This document shows positions 52,985 to 64,000 of a DNA stretch of 64,000 bases, one piece after another (the stretch's first letter is position 1; every line of letters starts with the position of its first letter). The DNA comes from Octopus bimaculoides (taxonomy: Eukaryota): NCBI RefSeq assembly GCF_001194135.2, contig NC_068986.1, positions 11,466,959 to 11,530,958 on the forward strand, written 5' to 3'. The position numbers and the translations under genes are program-made. Below the pieces are notes generated by a model. It ran no database searches. It saw only the letters and a list, made by a program, of their open reading frames with translations, and had not been told where the DNA came from.

Positions 52985-53569
52985 CAATACGGCATGGAGA
53001 AAAATACCCCAAAAGCTGTGTGCGATTATACCAATCTTCCAAGTTCCGTTCAAAAGCAAGCGTAAAGCAATTACCATCGTCGTTACTAAGCACTGTGTCT
53101 CCACCATACAATTCCAAAGTCAATGCCACCGCCAGTAAGGAGAAAAACCATGCCATGCCAGTGGTCAAAGTGGAACGAATGCCGGAGAAACTACCAGTCA
53201 AGAAGCCTTTTCTTAATAACACCAATTCAAACAGTACCCCTAATAATGTCAACAATAACACCAATAGTAGTAATGTTAGTGCTAATACTAATGCTAATAC
53301 TAACTTCGCCACCTCGAGCAGTTCCGACAGTGTCGCTTCAACCCCGAACCAATGTAGTGTGAAACCCGCCATTACGAATGGAACTCTGAAAGATGCTGCG
53401 CCCATTCTTCCTCCTGTTGCTGCTCAGGCTGGTGCCTCTTCTACTACAACCACAAGTAGAGATTGCTCAGCAGCATTACCTCTGCCCAACGCCATGGCTT
53501 ATCAGAACTGTTGCAACAAAATTGTTTGTCAAAAACCGCAGAAAAAAGAAAAATTGTTACCCTGTAAAG
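52985..53569 (+). CDS. ATXN7: Ataxin-7 family internal exon (585 nt, phase 1-1): end of N-terminal zinc finger (xIRHGEK), PVVKVERMP motif, Asn/Ser-rich low-complexity region, ends KKEKLLPCK
   Basis: Pyrimidine tract plus ttgcag acceptor (AG 52983-52984). Open frame matching ORF 53020..53574. Donor AAAG|GTTAGA at 53570. The terminal G joins AT of the next exon to give GAT (Asp) in frame with the SCA7 domain. Confidence 0.88.
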
Positions 53570-53615
53570 GTTAGAATGTCTTTCTAAGCTAAAATACCAT
53601 GTTTGGGGGTGGGAG

Positions 53616-53667
<52 letters not shown>

Positions 53668-54686
53668 GTGTGTATCCATCCATCCATCCATCCATCATAT
53701 GTGACTCATTTGGTGCAACAAACCAAATGAATTGTATATTATTTTATTTTTCTGTTGATAATATTAATAATTTCTAATCTTCACCACTTTCACTCTTGTC
53801 ATCATCACCACCATCATCACCATGGCAGCAGATGAGGAGAATCATTAAAATGCCAAACTGAATCCATTATGGGGTTTAGTTTTGGTGCTTTACATTCTGA
53901 GTTCAAATTCTTCCAAGGGCCTCTTTGTTTCTCATTTTTCTGGGGCCAATAATAATAAAAGTACCTACCAGCTACTGAAGTCAATGTAATCAACTTTTTT
54001 CTTCTCACCCCTAATTGGTGGCTCTCTGCCATCTTACAAACAATTATTATCATTATTATCAAATTAAGTAATGAGCTGGCCGAGTTATTAGCATGCTGGG
54101 CAAAATGCTAAGTGACATTTCATCCATCGCTATGTTCTGAGTTCAAATTCCACCGAGGCCAATAAAGTACCAGTGAAACACTGAGGTCAGTGTAATTGAC
54201 TAGTCCCCTCCCCCCCAAATTTCAGGCCTTGTGCTTATAGCAGAAAGGATTATTATTATTATTATTATTAAAGCAGTGAGCTGGCAGAGTTGTTAGCATG
54301 TCAGGCAAAATGCTAAACGGCATTTTGTCTGTCTTTACATTCTGAGTTCAAATTCCACTGAGGTCAACTTTGCCTTTCATCCTTACGAGGTCGATAAAAT
54401 AAGTACCAGTCGAGTACTGGGTTTGATGTAAACAACTAGCTCCTTCTGCCAGGATTTCAAGCTCTTTGTGCCTATAGCAGAAAGAATTATTATTATCAAG
54501 AATCATAGATTCATGCACTAAATACTTCACAGTATTTGGTATTATAGCTTTGTCTGAGTTAAAATTCTGCCAGAGTTGACTTTGTAGGGGGTGGGATNNN
54601 NNNNNNNNNNNNNNGGATGGGGTGGGGGTCAATTAAATAGATACCAGTAATACACAAGGGACAATTCAATCAACTATACGCCTACC

Positions 54687-54746
54687 GTACAAATTTAGGG
54701 TTGTACATGATTGTGATTGCTAATCATGTGCAACCCTAAATTGTAC
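54687..54746. other. Isolated 60-nt near-perfect hairpin
   Basis: GTACAAATTTAGGGTTGTACATGATT - GTGATTGCT - AATCATGTGCAACCCTAAATTGTAC: 25 pairs (one G.U), one bulged A, 9-nt loop. Confidence 0.9.
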
Positions 54747-54784
54747 AAGCACATCAGGACAGTTTGCACTGTGCAGCATTTTTG

Positions 54785-54826
54785 ACAACAAACAAGATGA
54801 GGACAAATATCCTTCAAATGTAAATA
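54785..54826 (+). mobile_element. Short 3'-tail fragment of the same hammerhead element
   Basis: ACAACAAACAAGATGAGGACAAATATCC-TTC-AAATGTAAATAA matches 39300-39342. Confidence 0.65.
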
Positions 54827-57009
54827 AAGAGACACATGTCTGGAATTCACGCTCATTTACACTTTCAGGAGCTGGTGATTCAGTTGATCAAACAGCAAAA
54901 TCCTCCTCATCCAACTGATGGAGATCCACTGCCAATTTTAATAGATTAAACACCCTCCTTTGGCTCATTGCTTTAAGTCAATCCACACAATTGTTCCTTT
55001 TCCTTGTCCTTATTCATCAGGATACATCACAGAATATCTTTCACCACCAACTTCGACCTGAAGGGGCTTCAAGAAAAAGGACTTGCCCAGTTCTTGAAAG
55101 TAGATATTTGTTCTTGCTTATTTTAGTAGACATCCACCTTTTTGTTCCTTGTGGGTACACCCTAACACCTCATTGCTACCATCCTTTTTCTCATTGCAGC
55201 TAGCAAGACACCTATTCCTGTTCTAACATACTTTAGCCCCTCAACATCTGGCACAAAGTTACCCCCCCCCCATCACTGCTGCACCGTCCCTCTCGGTCAA
55301 GAGCTCTTTCTTGCAAGTTACTAGGCGACCTCACTATGCTGGTGCTAAGAAAAAAGTATCCAGTACCTCCGTAAAATGGTTGGTGTAAGGAAGGGCATCT
55401 CGCCATAGAAACGATGCCAAAGCAGATCCTTTCAGCCACCCAATCCATATCAAGATGTTAATTGATAATGATGATAATTCTTATTAATTCTCTCCCCCCC
55501 ACTTTTATCCTCAAGCTGGTTGTTCTCTAACGAAAGTAACTAAACAAAAATATTCAATTTTCTAGTGTTAAGATTATTCGCAAAAATTAAAATACAATGT
55601 TCAAAACTTTAACATGGCATCAACCGAAATTAATTGTCAGTTATTAAAATTTAGTGATTCATTTAACACAACAATTTGTCAAGTCAACATCATACAGAAT
55701 TTAATAGTCAGTATTAAGAGTATCACAATCTAAATTTTTGTATCTACACACTAAACCCAATGGCAAATAGGAGTGTTTAGTATCCAATCAGATTCTTTTC
55801 TTTTGCTTATGTGTGGTTAACAAGTGTGCTTTTCACTCACACAGTTTTAAGGGTCAGTCCCACTACATGTCTTCTATAGCTTTGGGCCAACCAATGACTT
55901 GCAAGCGAGTTTGTTTTGATGGAAACTGAAAGAAGCCCATAGTGTGTGTGTGTGTGCATGCATGTGTCCTTTTCTGTGTTTGTTTACATTTCACTTCACC
56001 GAATATTGGTTTCAAGGCCAGTAGTTTCAGGCTGGTGGGAGCTAGTCGACCCCCCCCCCCCCNNNNNNNNNNNNNNNNNNNNNNNNNNNNNAGTGTTCAA
56101 CTGCTACTTATTTTATCAACCCCAAAAGAATGAAAGGCAATGTTGAACTCGGAATGTAAGGCTGGAAGAAATTCCTCGAAACCTTCCACCTGGCATGCTA
56201 AGGATTCTGACAGCTCACCCCCTTCACCAATTATTGCCAGCTACAGTGTTGTCCCTTAGCTTTGCTCCTTCAAAGTTATTTGAGAATCAGTTGAGGGTTC
56301 ATAATAGGAAAGACATCTGAGTGTAAAACACTATTTCAGTAATTTATTCATTTAACCCATACTAGCATGGAAAAAATGATGATAAACAAAGTCCAATCTA
56401 TGCCAGCGTAAAACTAAAAACAAATGTTAGAAGGATGGTAATAGTGTCATTAATGTCATTTATGATAATACCACAAATAAAGTAGAGTTAAAACAGCTAA
56501 AAGGAAATTTTTTAAATATTGGTGACAGAAAGGGCATTTGGCCATAGAAAATCTGTCTCAACAAATTCCATCTGATGCATGGGAGCATGGAAAAAGTGGT
56601 CGTTAAGATGATGATGATGTGGTAGCCATTCTATGAATATAATTTGCTGAGAATTAGACCATTTAATTAATAAATGTAAGGGTAAAATGACTAAGTGGAT
56701 GACTAAGGTATTGGTGGTTACTAATTCCTGTTATCTGCTGTAGGTACTGGCTCTGTCACTTCTTTGACAAACCACCACCACCACCACCTACTACTACTGC
56801 TATTACTTCGACAGTTCACGCTGCCATCAAGAATAACTATGGCATCTGTTCTGTAGCAGATGGTTTTTTTGTTTAACAAGAGGCATATTTATTGAAAGCC
56901 AAGGGAGATAAATACTCATCCCAATAGAAAAATTTATTTCTCATTACAAAATAAATATCACTCCTTTAATGCAAACGCTTTTTTTTTTTTTTTAAATGTA
57001 GCCGGAAAG

Positions 57010-57225
57010 GGTTTCTCGCCAAAGGATCTCGAGTAATGTTACTCAATGAGGCATGTTGCTTGAAGATCTGGTCAAGAGTTGCTATGCATTGAGAGGTCAC
57101 AGCTCCAGTACTATGGACATGTGAATAGAATGTCCGAGGAAAGAGTCTCAAGATGGATTCTTCAAGTGGGGCCCAACTGGCAGGGGATCTGCAAGTAGAA
57201 AAAAAACAAGTTAGTTGGATAATAT
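57010..57225 (+). pseudogene. RTE-clade ORF C-terminal fragment
   Basis: From 57088: IERSQLQYYGHVNRMSEERVSRWILQ, matching IERSQLRWFGHxxRMxxxRLPRxV; frameshifted afterwards. Confidence 0.75.
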
Positions 57226-57231
57226 TTATAG

Positions 57232-57386
57232 CAGAGGTGGACTGAGAATATTAAGGGCCCTCGGGCATAGCTGTTTACCGGGCCCCTTAGCATTGATTTA
57301 GTAGAGTTAACATGTAGAGTGTAGCCCCTTTAGAGCTCTGGGCCCTCAGGCAGTGCCCAATTGACCAATGGCTCAGTCCACCCCTG
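57232..57386. mobile_element. Complete small hAT-type MITE
   Basis: 15-bp TIR CAGAGGTGGACTGAG / CTCAGTCCACCCCTG (14/15) and 8-bp flanks ATTTATAG / ATCTATAC (6/8). Confidence 0.75.
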
Positions 57387-58159
57387 ATCTATACCCTCAG
57401 TTGGTCACACTTAAGAATGCAGCTGAAAAGTGTAATGATTGTTGTTTCAGATAGGATCCTGTGGAAGAGGGGCCCGAGGATTCTGTTTCTTGAACTTCTC
57501 ACAAGGATAGTGGGCAGAGAAGATGGGTTGGCCAATTAAAAAGTGAAGGTTTATTAATTTTTCGTAGGAATAATGACTATTTGATCTTTATTTAAACTTC
57601 TTTGTCTTCATTGAAGACGGTGATAGATCCCAGTTTAGCATCAACCTTGTGACTCTTTGCGACTGTTGGTTGCATTTAATGTTGATTATTAACTGTTCTG
57701 ATCCAAACCTACCTGAGACTACCCCAGTTCTATGATACAAGCTTCCTATTTTATAAGGATCAAAATTAAAACCTTCCTTCAAAATTTCATTTAATTTATG
57801 TTCCAAATACCAGATTATTAATGTCAGTTATTTTACTAAATTCTTCATTGTTTTCAAAATTAATTGAAGCAAAACAAAAATATGGTAATAAAAAGGTTCA
57901 TGTTGAACTCATGCAATATTGTGCTAGGTTTCTAGTCATGTGTTTAAAATTTCCTAAATATCATTTTACTGTTTGGTATGGTATATTACTTACTTTTGAG
58001 AGAGAGAGAAAGAGAGTGAGTAGGCAAAATAAGTATCATATTCTCTTTTCAGTTGAATCAATGATTTTGCAAATAAGCACACAGATATAAAATTACCTGC
58101 ATCACTGATTTATATAAATATCTAAATTTGCCAACTTACCTATGGAATGGTAAGATTTA

Positions 58160-58445
58160 GACTCAGCTCTGTCATGAACTCCCAGGACTCATAAGGCCAG
58201 AGTTTAATCCAGTTTCCAAGGTGTATAAGTAACTGAGATTACAACACCCTCCCTGAATGGGACACTAGTCCATCTCAAGGTTAACTTCCCAAGTATCACT
58301 GGAGCTCATTTTACAGCTTTGTGGACTGGAATAACATGAAATGAAGTGATTTGCTCAAGAACACTATATACCGCTCAGTCCAGGATTTGAAACCACAATT
58401 TTATGATGATGAGTAGAACGCCTTAACCACTAGGCCATGCACCTT
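58160..58445 (-). mobile_element. tRNA/CORE SINE with GATGGACTAG(T/C)GTCCC middle. Relatives at 7845-8080, 17015-17200, 38330-38560(-), 43680-43920(-), 51846-52020
   Basis: Reverse complement has GCATGGCCTAGTGGTTAAGG head, TTCTTGAGCAAATCACTTCATTTCATGTT core and shared downstream blocks. Confidence 0.7.
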
Positions 58446-59364
58446 CACAACAAATGGTAGCATAATATAAAATGCGATTAAATATATTATTTCTGTGTTT
58501 TACAAATAGTTTTCAACAAAATGCAGGACTTCTGCTTACACCAGAAGATTAATCTTGAAAAAAAAAAAACCCATTAAAACTTAATGTTGAATATATGCAT
58601 CATTAATTGTTATTTTGTGGTTAATTACATTGTAAGAACAGATTCCTTTTAGCAAATTGAAGAATGTGCCAGTATAGAACATGAATGTTAAATGATGATG
58701 ACAATGATAATGATGAAGTGAATAAAATCATTTTATTTACTCGTTCTTTTACTAAAAAGACTTTACCATATTTTCCTGCTTACAAGTTGACATAGTATAG
58801 AAAGATGTGGTACAAAACTCAAACATCATCTCTGTCTTTCCAAATCCTTCTGGATTTCAGATGAAAATTTTGGTCCTCCAAAGTCGTCTTGGTGTATAAA
58901 TTGACATGCTTTTTTTTTTCCACTGTAAATTTTGGTCCAAAAATTCAATTTGTATGCCAGAAAATATGATGTTTCTGGGTATAGCAAGGTTTGTTTACTT
59001 GTCTCAGCAGGAATGGTGTCATTCATTGAGAAAGAACTGTAATTGAATAACAACTTAGTAAGGATACAATTCAGTTAAATGTTGTTTAATTTGTAGTGAT
59101 AATCTTTTGTAGAATTAATATTTTCTGCCTCTGTAACCAGTACTGGTGCCACATAGAAGGTATCAGTACTCTGTGAAGTGGTTAGTGTTAGGAATGACTT
59201 TCACCCGTAGAAACCATGCTAAAGCAGACATTGGGACTTGGCACAGTCCTTTAGCTTGTCAGCTCCTGTCGAACTGTCCAACCCATACAGCATAGAAAAC
59301 AGATGTTTACTGATGATGATGATGATGTAATCAGTTTAAAAAATTTTGTTTTTTGAAATTTCAG

Positions 59365-59447
59365 ATCGAGAATTCGATGCTAACAAACATTGTGGTGTGA
59401 AAATAGCAAATGATAGTAAACCCTGCACCCGGTCTTTGACGTGTAAG
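59365..59447 (+). CDS. ATXN7: Ataxin-7 family exon, first half of SCA7 zinc-binding domain (DREFDANKHCGVKIANDSKPCTRSLTCK)
   Basis: tttcag acceptor and AAG|GTGAGT donor; 83 nt (2+81). Translation matches the ATXN7/ATXN7L1 consensus EREFDPNKHCGV...KPCTRSLTCK. Not in the ORF track because it is short and has no start codon. Confidence 0.95.
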
Positions 59448-61670
59448 GTGAGTCAACTTTCTTGTTTGCAGGTTGCCAGAGATTATCGTCGGGAGAAGGA
59501 CTTAATTTAAGATATCAACTGTATTTTATGAGTCTCTTATCATTTCCTCTCATACCTTCCTTGGCTAAGTCTATAAGGACATAGATTGCTGATTAAATTA
59601 TCTGGAAGTGAACCATAATTCCAGTATAGCAGAATAGGTACCATTAGTATATTGTTGCAGGTAAGATGGTACAGTATAAACGATGAGTTCTTTATCAGCT
59701 TTTTGTACTCCACTAAAATACTTATATCTGGGCCTGAGGAAACATGAATCCAGTCATGTTTATCCACTTTCAGATTATTTCAGGAAGATGAAGTTTCATC
59801 GATAGCACTATAAAAACATTTTGAGTTAGTAAGCTTATTAGATCCCTGTTTTTTAGAAGTTAAACTTGGAAATCTTTTTCTTTTATTAATTCTCCCCCTT
59901 GCCCCGACTGGTTCCTGTGCTGGTGGCACATAAAAAAGCACCATCCGATTGTGGTTGATGCCAGCCCCCACTGGCCCCTGTGCCGGTGGCACGTAAAAAG
60001 CACACTCTTGGAATGGTTGGCGTTAGGAAAGGCATCCAGCTATGGAAACACTGCCAGATCAGACTGGAGCCTGGTGCAGCCTCCTGGTTTCCCAGACCCC
60101 AGTTGAACTGTCGAACCCATACCAGCATGGAAGATGGATGTTAAATGATGATGATATTTTTAGAAAACCATTTGAATATAGGATTAATTTATTGAATAAG
60201 GAAAAGCTTTTGTAAAAAAATGTATTTTTAAACTGAAAGTTTTTCAATATTTTAAATCAACTTATATTCTTTATATATATAGATATATAGATGGCAGCTG
60301 CTTCATAAAGCTTGCAAAAGTAGAACATTGCTGGTAATAGCAGTGTTAGAGCATTTATAGTTTCTCAAACTACATTGAATGAACTTATTCTATATTGAAA
60401 TAAAATTGAAATCACAGGTTGTATATACAAAGAACTTAACTGCTATATCAGCCACAGACAAAAAAAAATTACAAAAATCACAGTGGTAGCAGTCTCTAAG
60501 GCCTATTACTTTAGTTATGTGGGTAGGTGACTGTGATTGGCCCATTTTGTTATTGGTCAATGGGTACTGCTAAGACAGTAGGTTAATCACTTGTTCTGCT
60601 GTACCATGGATGTTTCCAGAAGCAAGTGCCTCACCTTCAGTACACTTACCACCTCTCCACTTGTGGATATGCCGCGAAGGAAAGACAAGTCAATACATGT
60701 TTGTGACACGTGTGGAACCACAAGGAATGCCAGATATTACTTATGAATAACTGTACATATCTGCCTTAGGGTTCCTCTCTGTATATTCTATAAGGGTTTA
60801 CCACCTTAGCCTTTTTATAAATTCTCAATAAATTACCCCATAAGGCAGCAGAGTTTTATTGTTGTTGTGGGTATTTTTGTGCAGAGCCAGTGCCATTTTC
60901 TCCTTCAGACTTATATTGGTCTTATATACCAGGTAACACAAACCCAGTAGTTATCAGAATGCAAAATTTGTATGGAGTTTCCTTTGCCCCCTCTAAAAGA
61001 CCAAATGCTTATTTAATTACAAAACTGTGAATATGTTTATTATAGTATCCACATTGCAAAGCAGTGAGCTGCACTAGCGTAGCTAGAGCATGTGCTGCCT
61101 ACCACCCCCAGACCCTACAAAAAACACATATTGCCTACAGCAGACCCAATGGTGGTGCCCCTTTAAAAGTGCCCCCCATCCCCATGCTATTGGTGAGCTG
61201 GCAGAATTTTTAGTACATTGGATAAAATGCTCAACAGCATTCCTTCCAGCTCTTTATATTCTGAGTCCAAAATCTTGTTACAGTCTTCTTTACCTTTGTT
61301 ATTTAGGGGTCAATAAAATAAAGGACCACTCAAGTCTTGGGGTTGATGTAATTGACTAACACCCTGCTGTCCTTGTGTCAGAACTTGAAGCCATTAGGTT
61401 CTCCATCAATGTATATTGTTAAAACCTCTGAAGACTTTCAGTTATTTTATGTTAATTTCTGTCAATTAATACAAAGGTTCTGTCAAAATGGGAAATGGTA
61501 AAAGGAAAACTTCTTAACTTGTAGTATTCGTGTTATAAATGGCTAAACTTTTACTTAATATAGGTTTGTGTTAATTTATTTAATGCAGAGAGTTTTTAAA
61601 AAAATAAGAAGCTTATTAGAAATATGTATTGAGGAAAAAAAAATATTAATCAATAACTAATATTTTATTA

Positions 61671-61970
61671 ATCTTTCCAGCAAGGACAAATGACAACTCT
61701 GAATGTGTTTGGTCTTATTCTGGCCTCATCAGCCATACAGAGTTTTCTCTACCATCCTTACTAAAGTTGTTAGTAAATTTTCCAGCAAGCACAGAGGACA
61801 ACTCTGAACATATTTTGTCTTATTCTGGCCTCATCAGCAAAACAGACTTCTTTACCGTCCTTGCTACTGCAGTTAATTTTTTTCAGCAAGCACAGAGGAC
61901 AACTCTGAATATGTTTGGTCTTATTCTGGCCTCATCAGCAAAACAGAGTCTTCATCACTGTACTTGCTGA
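61671..61970 (-). repeat. Tandem array of ~3 units (period 105 and 101 bp), each with a decayed hammerhead-like core on the minus strand
   Basis: TCATCAG recurs at 61726, 61831 and 61932 inside the unit ...GGACAACTCTGAATATGTTTGGTCTTATTCTGGCCTCATCAGCAAAACAGAG... The tandem repeat itself is certain; the hammerhead reading is weaker. Confidence 0.75.
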
Positions 61971-62072
61971 AGGAGTGATAAAGGAGCATTAAGTGAGTGA
62001 TTAACTGCATTAGTGTCTCTGGTGATGAATCCAGTTTCTAATGATGTTCTTTTTTGTTTTTTGTAATTCTAG

Positions 62073-62445
62073 ACTCATGCTTTGTCATTACGGAGAGCTG
62101 TGGTTGGACGCCGGAAACCTTTTGATGAACTCCTCAAAGATCATCGAGCTGCGAAGGAGGCCATCCAAAGAGAGAAAGTACATGCCCAGTATGTGGCTGC
62201 AGCACAGAGGGTGGCTGCACAGACAGCACCAGCATCAGGGTCGTTGGCTCACTCTGGGAATTGTTCAGGAAATAGCAACAGCACACCAAGTACTGCCAAT
62301 ACTATTCCGAGCAATACCAGTGCGAGTGTGAATGCTAGTGGTCTCCAAAGTTTGATTCCCACCCGATCCACTTCTTCGAACAGTAATAGCACTGGTGGTG
62401 TGGGAGGCGGAGGAGGAGGAGGTGGTGGCGGTGGTAGTGGTGGTG
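62073..62445 (+). CDS. ATXN7: Ataxin-7 family exon, second half of SCA7 domain (THALSLRRAVVGRRKPFDELLKDH), then Ala/Ser/Asn-rich and poly-Gly sequence; 3' end lost in assembly gap
   Basis: Long T tract plus ttctag acceptor (AG 62071-62072), phase 0, continuing TCK|THAL. Matches ATXN7 THSLxxRRAVxGRxKxFDxLLxEH. Runs into N at 62446. Sequence after the gap is a MITE fragment, so the donor lies in the gap. Confidence 0.93.
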
Positions 62446-63350
62446 NNNNNNNNNNNNNNNNNNNNNNNNNNNNNNNNNNNNNNNNNNNNNNNNNNNNNNN
62501 NNNNNNNNNNNNNNNNNNNNNNNNNNNNNNNNNNNNNNNNNNNNNNNNNNNNNNNNNNNNNNNNNNNNNNNNNNNNNNNNNNNNNNNNNNNNNNNNNNNN
62601 NNNNNNNNNNNNNNNNNNNNNNNNNNNNNNNNNNNNNNNNNNNNNNNNNNNNNNNNNNNNNNNNNNNNNNNNNNNNNNNNNNNNNNNNNNNNNNNNNNNN
62701 NNNNNNNNNNNNNNNNNNNNNNNNNNNNNNNNNNNNNNNNNNNNNNNNNNNNNNNNNNNNNNNNNNNNNNNNNNNNNNNNNNNNNNNNNNNNNNNNNNNN
62801 NNNNNNNNNNNNNNNNNNNNNNNNNNNNNNNNNNNNNNNNNNNNNNNNNNNNNNNNNNNNNNNNNNNNNNNNNNNNNNNNNNNNNNNNNNNNNNNNNNNN
62901 NNNNNNNNNNNNNNNNNNNNNNNNNNNNNNNNNNNNNNNNNNNNNNNNNNNNNNNNNNNNNNNNNNNNNNNNNNNNNNNNNNNNNNNNNNNNNNNNNNNN
63001 NNNNNNNNNNNNNNNNNNNNNNNNNNNNNNNNNNNNNNNNNNNNNNNNNNNNNNNNNNNNNNNNNNNNNNNNNNNNNNNNNNNNNNNNNNNNNNNNNNNN
63101 NNNNNNNNNNNNNNNNNNNNNNNNNNNNNNNNNNNNNNNNNNNNNNNNNNNNNNNNNNNNNNNNNNNNNNNNNNNNNNNNNNNNNNNNNNNNNNNNNNNN
63201 NNNNNNNNNNNNNNNNNNNNNNNNNNNNNNNNNNNNNNNNNNNNNNNNNNNNNNNNNNNNNNNNNNNNNNNNNNNNNNNNNNNNNNNNNNNNNNNNNNNN
63301 NNNNNNNNNNNNNNNNNNNNNNNNNNNNNNNNNNNNNNNNNNNNNNNNNN
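62446..63350. other. Assembly gap hiding the end of an ATXN7 exon. Other large gaps: 19941-20518, 22364-23013, 40448-40845
   Basis: N runs, each starting or ending in simple repeats. Confidence 0.99.
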
Positions 63351-63436
63351 ACCTGCAGTAGTATTTCAGGGGTCCATGTAAGAATTTTGCTTTAGAGGTA
63401 TTTGTAGCAAGAAGCCTTTCTCAGATGTTTTACATA

Positions 63437-63987
63437 GGTGCAGTCATAGCTGTGTGATCAGAAGCTTGCTTCCCAACCACATGGTTCTGGGTTCAGTCCC
63501 TCTGTGTGGCACATTGGGCAAGTGTCTTCTACTATAGCCTCAGGCTGACTAAAGCCTTGTGAGTGGATTTGGTAGATGGAAACTGAAAGAAGCCTGTCAT
63601 AAATATATATATATAGGTGCAGGCGTAGCTGTGTGGTAAGAAAGTTTGCTTCCCAACCACATGGTTCCAGGTTCAGTTCCACTGCATTGCAATTTGGGCA
63701 AGTGTCTGCTACTATATAATCTTAGGCTGACCAATGCCTAATGAGTAGATTTGGTAGACGGAAACTGAAAGAAGCCTGTCATAAATATATATATATAGGT
63801 GCAGGCGTGGCTGTGTGGTAAGTAGCTTGCTTACCAACCACATGGTTCTGGGTTCAGTCCCACTGCGTGGCACCTGGGGCAATTGTCTTCTACTATAGCC
63901 TCAGGCTGACCGAAGCCTTGTGAATGCATTTAGTAGACGGAAACTGAAAGAAGCCTGCCGTATGTATGTGTGTGTGTGTGTGTGTGT
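63437..63987 (+). mobile_element. Head-to-tail trimer of the tRNA/CORE SINE 5' half
   Basis: Heads GGTGCAG at 63437, 63616 and 63798. The two junctions are identical (GAAGCCTGTCATAAA(TA)6GGTGCAGGCGT). The array ends in (TG)n. Confidence 0.9.
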
Positions 63988-64000
63988 TTCTTTCCTCACC

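Noticed and set aside
52974-53405. 143-aa minus-strand ORF
   Set aside because: It is the antisense shadow of the low-complexity ATXN7 exon, has no independent splice or domain evidence, and its Leu/Val runs mirror the AAT/AAC repeats.

Overview
AT-rich, microsatellite- and SINE-dense animal genomic DNA from a gapped draft assembly. The repeat families look like octopus/cephalopod repeats, but this species call is recalled, not proven. The only host gene I can support is an ataxin-7 (ATXN7/Sgf73-type SAGA DUB subunit) gene on the + strand. It has three spliced exons: 52985-53569, 59365-59447 and 62073 into the gap at 62446. They join in frame and encode the SCA7 domain DREFDANKHCGVKIANDSKPCTRSLTCK|THALSLRRAVVGRRKPFDELLKDH. 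The upstream zinc-finger exon was not found, so the first ~53 kb is probably one very large intron. The rest is tRNA-headed SINEs of several families, TTAA/hAT/Tc1 MITEs, decayed RTE fragments and a truncated R4/Dong-type restriction-endonuclease retrotransposon. The most interesting signal is three unrelated minimal type-I hammerhead-ribozyme-like motif families. (1) A small element joining a tRNA-derived Pol III head, (AAT)n and an intact Penelope-type hammerhead, with an inverted copy of its tail in front (39.0-39.35 kb; a second copy at 23.1 kb). (2) A hammerhead-like motif leading a ~200-nt multi-hairpin element (10.8 kb). (3) A 3x ~103-bp tandem array with decayed hammerhead cores (61.7-62.0 kb). 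All alignments and folds were done by eye; no database search was run.
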